NCBI GenBank assembly: GCA_963819815.1
Contig: CAWFXL010000001.1
Location: forward strand, 1,024,001 to 1,088,000
Length of the DNA stretch: 64,000 nt
Reading direction: 5' to 3'
Source: an uncultured bacterium
GTDB taxonomy: Bacteria; Babelota; Babeliae; Babelales; Babelaceae
The notes beneath the pieces are model-generated. The model did not search any database. It had not been told where the DNA came from and saw only the letters and a program-made list of their open reading frames with translations. Below, piece after piece: positions 52,414-62,001 of the stretch. Each line of letters begins with the position of its first letter. Position 1 is the stretch's first letter. A program made the position numbers and the translations under genes.

Positions 52414-53355
52414 TTATGCACTCTTTTTAGGGTATAACATATAAAGAACCGGCGTTGCAATAAATATTGTAGAATAAATTCCAAATATTATACCGATAAA
52501 GAGTGCAAGGGACAGATCTCGCAGCGTTTCACCGCCAAAAACTAAAAGCGAGACAACCACTAAAAGGGTTGCAAATGTCGTAAGCAACGTACGGCTTAAG
52601 GTCTCAGTAATACTTATATTAATGACATCATAGATTGATCGATTTGCCAAGAGCTTAACATTTTCACGAACACGAGCAAAAATCACAATCGTGTCATTCA
52701 CCGAATAGCCAAGCACCGCTAAAATCGCACCGATAACGTTCATAGAGATCTCTTTATCAAAAATAAGGAAAAAGGCTAATATCGCAATCGCATCATGGAA
52801 TAATGAAACAATAGCTCCCATGGCATAGGCAAAAGACCAGAACCTTATGGCAATATAGAGAAGCATAAGAATCAAACTCACTAAAATTGCATAGATAGAG
52901 TTAGTACGCATCATCGATCCAGTTGCCATCCCAACGCTGTCAGTTTGCTCAATGGTAACGGTATACTCAGATCCAAGACCTTTTTGCACCGCTTCACGAA
53001 TAAGCTCAGCTTCCTTAGAAACATCCTTTGCTTCTTTTTTTACGCGCACTAAATGCTCCGTAGCAGAGAACTCGCGCGTCACACTACCGGGCCATCCAGC
53101 TTTTTCTAAGATCGCCACTACCTTTTCACTTTCTACAGGCTTATTAAAGGCAAGCAACGTTTGAATACCCCCCGTAAAATCGACACTGTAATTAAAAGTA
53201 TGACCATCTGGGTTCGTAAAGCGCTTATACAGATAAGTTCCAAAGAAAGATGCTAATAAAAGACCTGATACAATAGCAGAAACATACTGAAGTTTAAGGA
53301 AATCTATCGGATTATTAATAGCCTCAGATTTATGGTAACGGAAAAAATTAAACAT
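52414..53355 (-). CDS. secF: Protein translocase subunit SecF
   Basis: VDFTGG, HD, GYSVNDTIVIFARVREN, TLSRT. Confidence 0.95.
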   Translation of the reverse strand: MFNFFRYHKSEAINNPIDFLKLQYVSAIVSGLLLASFFGTYLYKRFTNPDGHTFNYSVDFTGGIQTLLAFNKPVESEKVVAILEKAGWPGSVTREFSATEHLVRVKKEAKDVSKEAELIREAVQKGLGSEYTVTIEQTDSVGMATGSMMRTNSIYAILVSLILMLLYIAIRFWSFAYAMGAIVSLFHDAIAILAFFLIFDKEISMNVIGAILAVLGYSVNDTIVIFARVRENVKLLANRSIYDVINISITETLSRTLLTTFATLLVVVSLLVFGGETLRDLSLALFIGIIFGIYSTIFIATPVLYMLYPKKSA

Positions 53356-53419
53356 AAGTACTCTACCCTTGCCAAAATGCGCTCAAAACCTATATAACTC
53401 GATCACTATAACTAAATTC

Positions 53420-53677
53420 TTAGGAAGCTGCAAGCACAGAAACGTACTTACGACCTTTTGGACCATAATGAAACTTTACTTTACCTGATCCAATAGCATA
53501 AATAGTGTGATCGGTTCCCAATCCTACGTTATTACCAGGATGAATACGTGTGCCGCGCTGGCGAATAATGATCTCGCCGCCCGAAACAACTTCGCCGTCA
53601 AACAATTTAACGCCTAGCCTTCTGCCTCTACTATCTCTACCATTGGAGGTCGATCCACCCGACTTACTGGTTGCCAT
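53420..53677 (-). CDS. rpmA: 50S ribosomal protein L27
   Basis: [30 protein letters not shown]. Confidence 0.97.
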   Translation of the reverse strand: MATSKSGGSTSNGRDSRGRRLGVKLFDGEVVSGGEIIIRQRGTRIHPGNNVGLGTDHTIYAIGSGKVKFHYGPKGRKYVSVLAAS

Positions 53678-53764
53678 CGTAATCCTTTACTCAGTGATAT
53701 CATTCAATTGTTTTTTACCTTGGAAGATAGCCCTAGAATTAGGGCATTTTTGTCTATGGGATTG

Positions 53765-53793
53765 AGTATGCCTTTTTTTTAGCCTTCTGTCAA
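53765..53793 (-). promoter_or_regulatory. Promoter for rpmA-secF
   Basis: TTGACA-17 bp (containing A8)-CATACT. Confidence 0.6.
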
Positions 53794-53888
53794 AACTTTA
53801 TAAAACAAAGAACGATAAATTATTGCAAAAATGAATTGGGGTGGTTTATTATTAAAGCAAGAACAACAAGTTGAACTAGGTGGGACAT

Positions 53889-54485
53889 ATGTTTTTTTTA
53901 TTATTATTGATACAACTATTATGTAGCTCAATGATGTTCGCTCATCAACAATCATTGGAGGAGCTGGACCAACTTTTATTGAGCAAAAGTATCCCTCAAG
54001 CTGATAAGACAAAATATATTGAACCTATGCTATCTTTCGTAAAAAGCCTTGAACATAAAGATGCTATAGATATTACCTTTACCTTACCACTAATAAGGGA
54101 AGGGCATAGCGACACTTTTCTGCCCCTTAATCCATCTATCATAAAAACTGATGGCGGCTATGATATTATTTGTAAGACTACAAATCTTAAGTGTCCTGGT
54201 TATCAGCCAATTATACCTGGAGAAACTCCTAGTATCAGGAATTTTTTCCTCAGGTATGATAAAAATTTTAACCTCTTAAATGAGCAAAAAATGCACATCC
54301 CATCTCATCTTACAGTAAATATAAACGATGCTTGGCAAGTAGAAGATTGCAGAACATTCCATTGGAATGAATCCTACTGGCTCATAGGATGCGCACTTAT
54401 TAAACCTCGTTTGCCCAAAGTAGCTATGCAAATAGTATATCAACCTACTAAACATAGAGCATTTGGCGAAAAAACAAACGCTTGA
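53889..54485 (+). pseudogene. C-terminally truncated paralog of the 39110-40204 propeller protein
   Basis: Similar through LNPSI and VEDCR; homology ends near KVA and the EKNW half is missing. Confidence 0.75.
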
Positions 54486-54548
54486 TGGCTGTTATTTCTT
54501 TTTTGGAATTAATTTAAACAACTAAACCAAAAAGAGGGGGAACGAATC

Positions 54549-55391
54549 ATGCTGTTAAGATCAGTTTCATGGACATTGCTCGCAATGGGCAGTTTATTTA
54601 CTATGATGGAAACCGAGGCTAATCCGACTAAATTCGTAATACTTATAACATCATACAACAATGAAAAATTTGCAGAAGATAACTTACGGTCAGCCTGCTT
54701 TCAAAAGTCTACATATCCCTACAGGATCATATATGTCAATGATGCTTCTACTGATAGAACCAAGGAAATTGTAGAAAACTTTAGAACCGAACAGAATCTT
54801 TCACACGTGCTTACTGTAATAAACAATGCTACAAATATGAGTGGGATAATGAACTACTATAATGTCATTCATGGGTATATTGATGACGAAGAGATAGTCG
54901 TAAATCTCGACGGAGATGATATTTTAGAAGACAATGTCTTATTAACCTTAGAAAGGTATTATAGTAATCCAGATGTATGGCTAACATATGGATCAGCGCG
55001 CTTCTATCCTGGAGGAGAATTGATACGCAACATGTCCTCCGAATATCCTGAGCATATAATAAAAGAAATGAAATTTAGAGAATACGACTTTTTTGCCCAG
55101 CACTTAAGAACATTTAAAGCCTGGCTATTCAAGAGGTTAAATAAAGACGACTTTTATTATAATGGTCTTCCCATAACTGGAGCACCTGATATGGCCTTTA
55201 TGATCCCTATGCTGGAGATGTGCTGTCCTTATGGTGAAGGAGGGATTAATCATTCAACATTTGTTCCAGAAGTCCTATATAATTATCGAACAACAAACCC
55301 TTTAAGCCAACATATACTTAATCTTCAACGACAAAAAAATGAAGATGATTTCATCCGGTCAAAGAAGCCATATCAACCAATATGTCGATAG
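54549..55391 (+). CDS. GT2 glycosyltransferase (paralog 3)
   Basis: Signal peptide ending TEA; FVILITSYNNE, NDASTD, LDGDD, HLRTFK, DMAF. Confidence 0.9.
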   Translation: MLLRSVSWTLLAMGSLFTMMETEANPTKFVILITSYNNEKFAEDNLRSACFQKSTYPYRIIYVNDASTDRTKEIVENFRTEQNLSHVLTVINNATNMSGIMNYYNVIHGYIDDEEIVVNLDGDDILEDNVLLTLERYYSNPDVWLTYGSARFYPGGELIRNMSSEYPEHIIKEMKFREYDFFAQHLRTFKAWLFKRLNKDDFYYNGLPITGAPDMAFMIPMLEMCCPYGEGGINHSTFVPEVLYNYRTTNPLSQHILNLQRQKNEDDFIRSKKPYQPICR

Positions 55392-55943
55392 CATTTAGAT
55401 GACTAAATAAATGAAAATATCATCGTACCCGCAATATATATCATAAAATGTTGCCCGGGCACGAATGATATTTTTTGGGTTTTGATTCCAGTGGTCTTTA
55501 TTGAGGGTGAGGTTTAGGTTTTCTGGGCTTAGGGGGGTAAGCCTTTCATATACTGTAAACAATTAAGTTTTGGAAAAGGCATAAATAAATAATAAGGCCA
55601 CATCTCAAATAAAGCATACCTTCCTATATGCAGGTATAGTCTGAGCAACAGAACCCAAGAATTTCAGAAAACGCTATCTCATACTACAAGCAGAAGTAGA
55701 CCAATTAAAGCAACTTTTGTAATACTTATGCAGAAATCCACGAGATACTTGGTACATGATTTGAAAAGCAGAAACATAAAAATAGATTAAATCTTCAGCT
55801 AACTCAGAATACAATGATCTCTAACGGCCTGACATTCTTTCGGCATACTATTGGTTTTGTTTAAATTTAAATACTACCTTAAAATTAAATTACACTTGTC
55901 GATGACCGGCTCTGAAGAAGATCCATAACATGGGAGTCCTTAT

Positions 55944-56000
55944 ATGATACCAAAAATAGCCTTTCTGTTCCTTACAGTTGGGAATGTTTTCCATGAAGGT
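55944..56000 (+). pseudogene. N-terminal remnant of a Core-2/I-branching-like glycosyltransferase
   Basis: SD GGGAG, then MIPKIAFLFLTVGNVFHE, interrupted next to the IS1595 remnant. Confidence 0.45.
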
Positions 56001-56014
56001 CAAGCCTATGGACA

Positions 56015-56165
56015 CTATCGTAATTCTTTTGGTGTTCCAAAATTAAACCTCCATTCGCACTCTTTTATGTACAAATAAAATTGCTTTTGTGGTACACCAT
56101 AAAACGTCTTAAATGCCTTTTGGCTTAGTTCCAAAAATTTTCGATTCCATTGATGTGGTTCTCTT
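56015..56165 (-). mobile_element. IS1595-family transposase C-terminal remnant
   Basis: NHINGIENFWN*AKRHLRRF then shifted GVPQKQFYLYIKECEWRFN. Confidence 0.8.
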
Positions 56166-56245
56166 ACAAACCCAAAAAAATGCTGCGCTTTCTGGCATTC
56201 AAATTACCAAATTACGGCAAGTTATCATGTACTCCATAAGCTTGG

Positions 56246-57250
56246 TCAATTACTTGTAATCAAAACTTTAAATTTAGTTATATCCGCACTACTATGACGT
56301 ATCTCACCAATTCGTTCAGGCCCAAACGTAAGCACACTAGTAGAATAGGGAAATTGTACCCTAAGATTATCGAGAAGTTCTAGTAAGCTCAAACTTCTAC
56401 CTGTTGCAATGTTAAATACTTCTCCTCGTACTCTTGCGCGGTCATGCATCCCCATCAGCAAATTAGCCTCCGCTACTTGTTCTACATGGACAAAATCCCG
56501 GGTTTGTAAGCCATCTCCGAAAATGGTAATCGGTTTATTTTCTCTTAATTGAGCAGTAAAACGAGCAACAACCGCTGCATAATCCCCTCGGGGACTTTGA
56601 CGCGGCCCATACACATTAAAATACCTCAATATAACAGTATCAATACCATAGTTTAAGGCATATTGCTTACACAAATATTCACCTATCAGTTTTGAAAATC
56701 CATACGGAGAAATAGGATTCGTGGGGGTGTGTTCAGAGCAACATCCCTCAGTAAGACCGTACACTGCAGCGGAAGAGGAAAAAATGAATCGGGGCACAGC
56801 ATTAATTCTTGCAGCCTCAAGGAGATTCGAGAGACCATCAATATTCACTTGGAAGCACTGCATAGGTTGTTCAATAGATTGCGGTACAGAAATAAAAGCC
56901 GCTAGATGAAAAACAATATGCTGACCATGTGTCGCCTCCAAACAAGCATCCATATTACAAATATCTGCAGTAAGTAAGCGCACTCGCCCTTTACACGTTT
57001 GGATGTTTTCAATAGAACCAGTCGCAAGATTATCAAGAATGGTTATATTAGCTCCTAAGTCAAGAAGTTTTTCACAAATATGCGACCCTATAAAACCACA
57101 CCCGCCAGTCACCAAAACATTCTTATCGTGATAAAACTCTTGCACCTCTTTCTTAAGAGATCCAGGCAACTCAAGACGAGGCTGAATAGCCCCTTCAAGA
57201 GATATAACAAATAGACATATGCATGAAATTGCAGAGAAATGTTGCTTCAT
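56246..57250 (-). CDS. NAD-dependent nucleotide-sugar epimerase/dehydratase with signal-like N-terminal extension
   Basis: VTGGCGFIGSH, FHLAA, SSSAAVYG, SPYGFSK, LRYFNVYGP, RDFVHV. Confidence 0.92.
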   Translation of the reverse strand: MKQHFSAISCICLFVISLEGAIQPRLELPGSLKKEVQEFYHDKNVLVTGGCGFIGSHICEKLLDLGANITILDNLATGSIENIQTCKGRVRLLTADICNMDACLEATHGQHIVFHLAAFISVPQSIEQPMQCFQVNIDGLSNLLEAARINAVPRFIFSSSAAVYGLTEGCCSEHTPTNPISPYGFSKLIGEYLCKQYALNYGIDTVILRYFNVYGPRQSPRGDYAAVVARFTAQLRENKPITIFGDGLQTRDFVHVEQVAEANLLMGMHDRARVRGEVFNIATGRSLSLLELLDNLRVQFPYSTSVLTFGPERIGEIRHSSADITKFKVLITSN

Positions 57251-57625
57251 GAATACTCTTCTCTCTTTTGGCACAGGCAATTAGGTAAAAAGTGTTAGCA
57301 CTATTAAAATTTTATTAATAATAGCACTAAAAAGTCAAGGTTAATCCTTCGAACCTCTGCACACACTAGAAATAGCGTTATAGAACGCAACTCCCATTGA
57401 AGCATTTCTTGAAAACAAGCTTGCTCATACTATCACCTTATTATGCAACATGAGCGCTCGCTGATTGATAATATTAAAGCTTTTTCAAGATCATTCTGTT
57501 TAACTGAAGGAAGCGAAATACGAGTCACATTAACAAATTTATAACAAACTCTTGTATTTTCAAAAATCTGCATGCTAGTATTGTGGCGATCTAAAAAAAG
57601 TATCGTACAAAAAAGGGAGATCCAA

Positions 57626-58867
57626 ATGAAATTACGTGCTTGTATCAGCCTTCTCATACTTACAATCAGTTCATCACTACTTGCAACTACCCAACCCATG
57701 CTCGTGGTGCTTATTATGGCTAAAGATGAACATCAGGTTATTATTCCTACCCTTGATACCTACCTTTCTGCAGATATAAAAGTAGGTAAACCTGACTCTG
57801 GAGAAGTTGCTTATATACTCTATGATACAGGTTCAACTGATGGCACTGACCTCCTTGCTCAAAAGTTTTTTAAAGAAAAAAAAATCACTCACTATCGCAT
57901 AGAAAAGGAGCCCTTCATTAACTTTGCAGAATCTCGCAATAGGGCACTTTCGATTGCTAGACAAGCATATCCACAGTCAACCTTCATCCTCTTTCCCGAC
58001 GCAGAATGGTACATGCATGGGTTTGATGAGCTGCTTACCTTTTGTAGACAAAAAATTGCAGAATATGAGACCGGAGTGATCCCCCCTCCCTATTATAATC
58101 TCCGTATGGAGAGACCAGATTGTTATGTCTCACTCACTTCGCGTCTCTTTTTAACCGATGACTCTGTGGAATTTGAAGGGAGAGTCCATGAGTGCCCTAC
58201 CAAAAGTTCCAATATTCAGGTACCTCCAGAGATGTATTTCGAAATTGGATCGAGCAAATTCGGCAATGACAAGAGTAAGAACCGCTGGTACCGCGATCGA
58301 AACCTCCTATTGCAAGATCTTCAAGAAAATCCTAACAACTCTCGTTCAACACTTTATTTAGGACTCACCGAGAAATGGCTCGGACATAACGAAATTGCCT
58401 ACATTTATTTAAAAAAGCGTATCCTTTTGCCGGCATTTCCTGAGGAAGACTATTACGTGCTTTTTAACCTTGCAGAAGTAACAAAACTGCTTAGCGAAAA
58501 CGATCCGGAGAACTATACTTGGGAAGAAGCTCTTGGCTATTATATACAGGCCTATGAAATGCGCCCCCATCGAGCAGAACCTCTTATAAGACTTGCAGAA
58601 CATTATTTATACAAAGGAAACTACGCCGTTAGTTATCTTTTTATTAAAAGAGCAACTGAGCTTCCCCTACCCGTAATTGAACAAGAAATGTTACCCTTCG
58701 ATGTTGAGGAGTATACCTATTACCGTTGGCAACTCTTAAGCCAAGTCGCCTGGTATGTAGGTGAATTTCAAATAGGAGAAGCTGCCGTGAAAAAAGCAAT
58801 CGAAGAACGACCAAACCTCCCATTCTTATATAGTGACCTTGCATGTTACTGGGAACGTACTCGATAA
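57626..58867 (+). CDS. Exported GT-A glycosyltransferase-like protein with C-terminal TPR repeats
   Basis: Signal peptide; DTGSTDGT, FAESRNRAL, DAEW, GRVHE; TPR-like YEMRPHRAEPL. Confidence 0.8.
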   Translation: MKLRACISLLILTISSSLLATTQPMLVVLIMAKDEHQVIIPTLDTYLSADIKVGKPDSGEVAYILYDTGSTDGTDLLAQKFFKEKKITHYRIEKEPFINFAESRNRALSIARQAYPQSTFILFPDAEWYMHGFDELLTFCRQKIAEYETGVIPPPYYNLRMERPDCYVSLTSRLFLTDDSVEFEGRVHECPTKSSNIQVPPEMYFEIGSSKFGNDKSKNRWYRDRNLLLQDLQENPNNSRSTLYLGLTEKWLGHNEIAYIYLKKRILLPAFPEEDYYVLFNLAEVTKLLSENDPENYTWEEALGYYIQAYEMRPHRAEPLIRLAEHYLYKGNYAVSYLFIKRATELPLPVIEQEMLPFDVEEYTYYRWQLLSQVAWYVGEFQIGEAAVKKAIEERPNLPFLYSDLACYWERTR

Positions 58868-58884
58868 CAAAAAAGGACCTTTTC

Positions 58885-59781
58885 ATGAATCGATTTTTTG
58901 CGAGCATTGTTCTAACAGGATTTGCAACGGCTGCCTATGGGATACCTCGTATGCCCCAAAGATCAGAAGCACCAGAGTTTGTCGTACTGGTTACCTCTTA
59001 TAATAATGAAAAATATATAGAAAAGAACCTTGACTCAATCTTCTGTCAACGTTCCTCAAAGCCATTTCTGACGATATATGTGAATGATGGCTCAAAAGAT
59101 GGCACGGAAGCTAAACTTGATGAGTACGCACAGAAGCATCATCTTGATGAATCACAGTTCCTCATAATTAATAACAAGGTACAGCTTGGATCGGGCATTG
59201 CCAACATTTATACTACGGTACATAACCTCATAGAAGATCATAAAGTGGTCGTTTGTGTCGACGGTGATGATTACTTGTCCTTCTCGGGAGTATTAGAGCG
59301 ACTTGAAAAGGAATACGCTAACCCTGACGTCTGGATGACCTATGGGAGATTTGTGGTATACCCTGCAGGAGAATTCTGGTCACTCACCTGGGGCTATGAT
59401 GATGAGGTGATACGTAATCGAAGCTTTAGACAGCATGAAAATGTTCCCTCTCATTTAAAAACCTTCAGGGCAAAGCTGTTTAAACAGATTAAGAAAGAGG
59501 ACCTTACTGACGAAGAGACGGGTACCTTCTATACAAAAACCTGGGATATGGCGATGTTCTTTCCTATGCTTGAAATGTGTGCGCCAAAAGACCCAGATGG
59601 TATAAATCACAGCCGCTTTATTGAAGATACGGTACTGTACATCTATAACTTTGCTAACCCGATCGGTGATGCACAGAATAACGGACGAGAAGAACAGATT
59701 CGTCTTGATAGAATTATTCGCGCAAAACCTTCTTATGAATCACTTGAGACATTATTTGACGAGCAAGAGGATCCCTTATGA
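58885..59781 (+). CDS. GT2 glycosyltransferase (paralog 4)
   Basis: Signal peptide ending AYG; FVVLVTSYNNE, NDGSKD, VDGDD, HLKTFR, DMAM. Confidence 0.9.
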   Translation: MNRFFASIVLTGFATAAYGIPRMPQRSEAPEFVVLVTSYNNEKYIEKNLDSIFCQRSSKPFLTIYVNDGSKDGTEAKLDEYAQKHHLDESQFLIINNKVQLGSGIANIYTTVHNLIEDHKVVVCVDGDDYLSFSGVLERLEKEYANPDVWMTYGRFVVYPAGEFWSLTWGYDDEVIRNRSFRQHENVPSHLKTFRAKLFKQIKKEDLTDEETGTFYTKTWDMAMFFPMLEMCAPKDPDGINHSRFIEDTVLYIYNFANPIGDAQNNGREEQIRLDRIIRAKPSYESLETLFDEQEDPL

Positions 59782-60620
59782 AAAGACTTTTAATCTGTTT
59801 AGCGCTCACTTTTACACTCCTGGGAAAACAAAGTTCTCTTGAATTTGTCTTTGTTATTCCTTCTTATAATAATGCAAAGTATGCGCGATGGAATCTTGAA
59901 TCCCTGATTAACCAACGAACCACCAATAGCACCTACTCAATTATTGTCGTTAATGATTGTTCCCGTGATACTACCGGACAAATCTTAGAGGACTTTAAAA
60001 AGGAACATGGGCTTAGTGATTCATTCTTAAAAATTATCCATAATCCAGTACGTATAGGTGCCCTAGCGAACATCTATACTACAATTCACAACCACTGCAA
60101 GGATCATCAGATAGTTGTGCTCGTTGATGGTGATGATGCCCTGCCTCATAACAATATTATTAATCGTCTTGAAAAAGAGTATGCTCAGGACATTTGGATG
60201 ACCTATGGCCAGTTTATTTTCTTTCCCTGTTGGCCAACAGGGCGCCAATGGGGCACTACCTACGAGATAGACCATGAGGATCAGGTAAACAAAAACATCC
60301 GCTCATTGGTATATGTTGCACAGCACTTGAGAACTTTTAAGGTATCCCTCTTTAAAAAAATTAAGAAAGAGGATCTTATGCTTAATGGATCATTTTATCA
60401 GATGAACGCAGATATGGCGATCATGCTACCGATGCTTGAAATGGCTGCTCCACTCACCCCTCATGCAAAAAGCCGAAGTCTCTTCATCCCAGATATTATG
60501 TATATCTATAACTGCAGCAATCCAATTAATGACCATAAAGTTGATGAATCATTACAGATCTCTCTTGAAGAGGTAATTCGCGCAATCCCGCCCTATGATC
60601 CTCTTAAAGCTCTTGAGTAA
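59778..60620 (+). CDS. GT2 glycosyltransferase (paralog 5)
   Basis: Signal-like start; FVFVIPSYNN, NDCSRD, VDGDD, HLRTFK, DMAI; ATGA overlap. Confidence 0.9.
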   Translation: MKRLLICLALTFTLLGKQSSLEFVFVIPSYNNAKYARWNLESLINQRTTNSTYSIIVVNDCSRDTTGQILEDFKKEHGLSDSFLKIIHNPVRIGALANIYTTIHNHCKDHQIVVLVDGDDALPHNNIINRLEKEYAQDIWMTYGQFIFFPCWPTGRQWGTTYEIDHEDQVNKNIRSLVYVAQHLRTFKVSLFKKIKKEDLMLNGSFYQMNADMAIMLPMLEMAAPLTPHAKSRSLFIPDIMYIYNCSNPINDHKVDESLQISLEEVIRAIPPYDPLKALE

Positions 60621-60631
60621 AAGGAAAGATA

Positions 60632-61993
60632 ATGAAGTACTTACTCTTTTTTTTATTACTGTTTTTTCCAAGTCTCTATGCAAGAACCAATGAGGGTAAT
60701 AAAGGCGCTCATCAGGAAGTTAATCTAATTGATGGGCTCACGGTGTCTAAAAACCGTATTGATATACAGATTAATGAAGGCTTTAAGAAAAAGTTTCTTA
60801 AAAAGGACTTTTTTGCAGTCTATGATGAGGATCTTGATCTATCACAGCTTGATTCATCATTGCTCGTACTACCTTTTGTCTCAAACGTAATCTCTATTAT
60901 CTGGATTTCAGGGAGAACCTTCTATATCGACTTCTTAGATCAAGATTTTTATGAATCTCTTACAAAAGTTAAAGAAGTCTTTAAAAGAATGTACCCTCAC
61001 ACAAAATGGAATGGGCAACTTATTCCCCGAAAACTCGTAAAAAACAATTTCCGCTTTCTCTCAAAACCTGGCGAAAATGAACGAACCGCGTTATTGTTTA
61101 GCGGCGGTCTAGATTCTATTACTTCATCGCTGTACCACAGAGAGAAAAAACAGCTCCTTATAACTGTTAACGGTCACTGGGACCTTCCTCTATGGGATAA
61201 GCATCTACTTCAAGAGCGTAAAAAAGATCTGATGGCGTGGGGCACACAGTATGGCCATGAGAATTCGTTTATCAATTCTAATTATTATGATTTTCTTAAC
61301 AGAGATGTCCTCGATTGGTACTCCCATGAGATTACCTCATGGCGTATTTTTTGCGTAGAAGGTATCGGCTGGGCAGGGCTTGCAGCCCCTATAATGGCGC
61401 TTAAGGGGTATCCTAGCTTACTGCATGGATCCACGATCACCTGGGATTTTAATTTCCCAGCATGCGCAAATCCATTTGTAGATAACAATATTAGGTTTGG
61501 TGGCATGCGACTTAAGCATGATCTTTTTGATATGAATAGACTCGGAAAATGTGAATTCATTGCCAGTCTTAGAAAAGCAGGACTCATTACGACGCCTACT
61601 ATCAGAGTCTGTGAAGAAAAATCGGTCGACAACTGTGGTACCTGTCAAAAGTGCATCCGCACCATCATTGAGCTGGTAGTCGCTGGGGAAGACCCAAGGC
61701 CTTATGGTTTTGCTTGCGATGTCGAAAAAGTATTACGCAATTCTGAGAGATTCATGAAAAGCCATGGTACCGGAGCAACCACCGTCTGGCATTTTATGCA
61801 TATTCAAAAACGGCTGCAAGAAAAGGCCGCACATAAGGAAAAAATCCCCGAATCTCTAACCTGGCTCCTTAAGGTTAACCTTAAAAAGAAGCTTACCACC
61901 GAAATAGAGAATCAGCATAAACTAGATTGGCGAGATTTTGTTGATCTATTGCCAGACATTGAGGTTCCTGAAACTGTTGATCTAGCATTTTAA
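60632..61993 (+). CDS. Exported PP-loop (adenine nucleotide alpha-hydrolase-like) protein with Cys cluster, paralog 1
   Basis: Signal peptide ending LYA; LLFSGGLDS; RVC-x6-NCGTCQKC. Confidence 0.78.
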   Translation: MKYLLFFLLLFFPSLYARTNEGNKGAHQEVNLIDGLTVSKNRIDIQINEGFKKKFLKKDFFAVYDEDLDLSQLDSSLLVLPFVSNVISIIWISGRTFYIDFLDQDFYESLTKVKEVFKRMYPHTKWNGQLIPRKLVKNNFRFLSKPGENERTALLFSGGLDSITSSLYHREKKQLLITVNGHWDLPLWDKHLLQERKKDLMAWGTQYGHENSFINSNYYDFLNRDVLDWYSHEITSWRIFCVEGIGWAGLAAPIMALKGYPSLLHGSTITWDFNFPACANPFVDNNIRFGGMRLKHDLFDMNRLGKCEFIASLRKAGLITTPTIRVCEEKSVDNCGTCQKCIRTIIELVVAGEDPRPYGFACDVEKVLRNSERFMKSHGTGATTVWHFMHIQKRLQEKAAHKEKIPESLTWLLKVNLKKKLTTEIENQHKLDWRDFVDLLPDIEVPETVDLAF

Positions 61994-62001
61994 GGAAAAC
62001 T

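Noticed and set aside
55414..55474. Long imperfect hairpin after the 54549 GT2
   Set aside because: Consistent with an ordinary terminator; too imperfect to call an RNA gene
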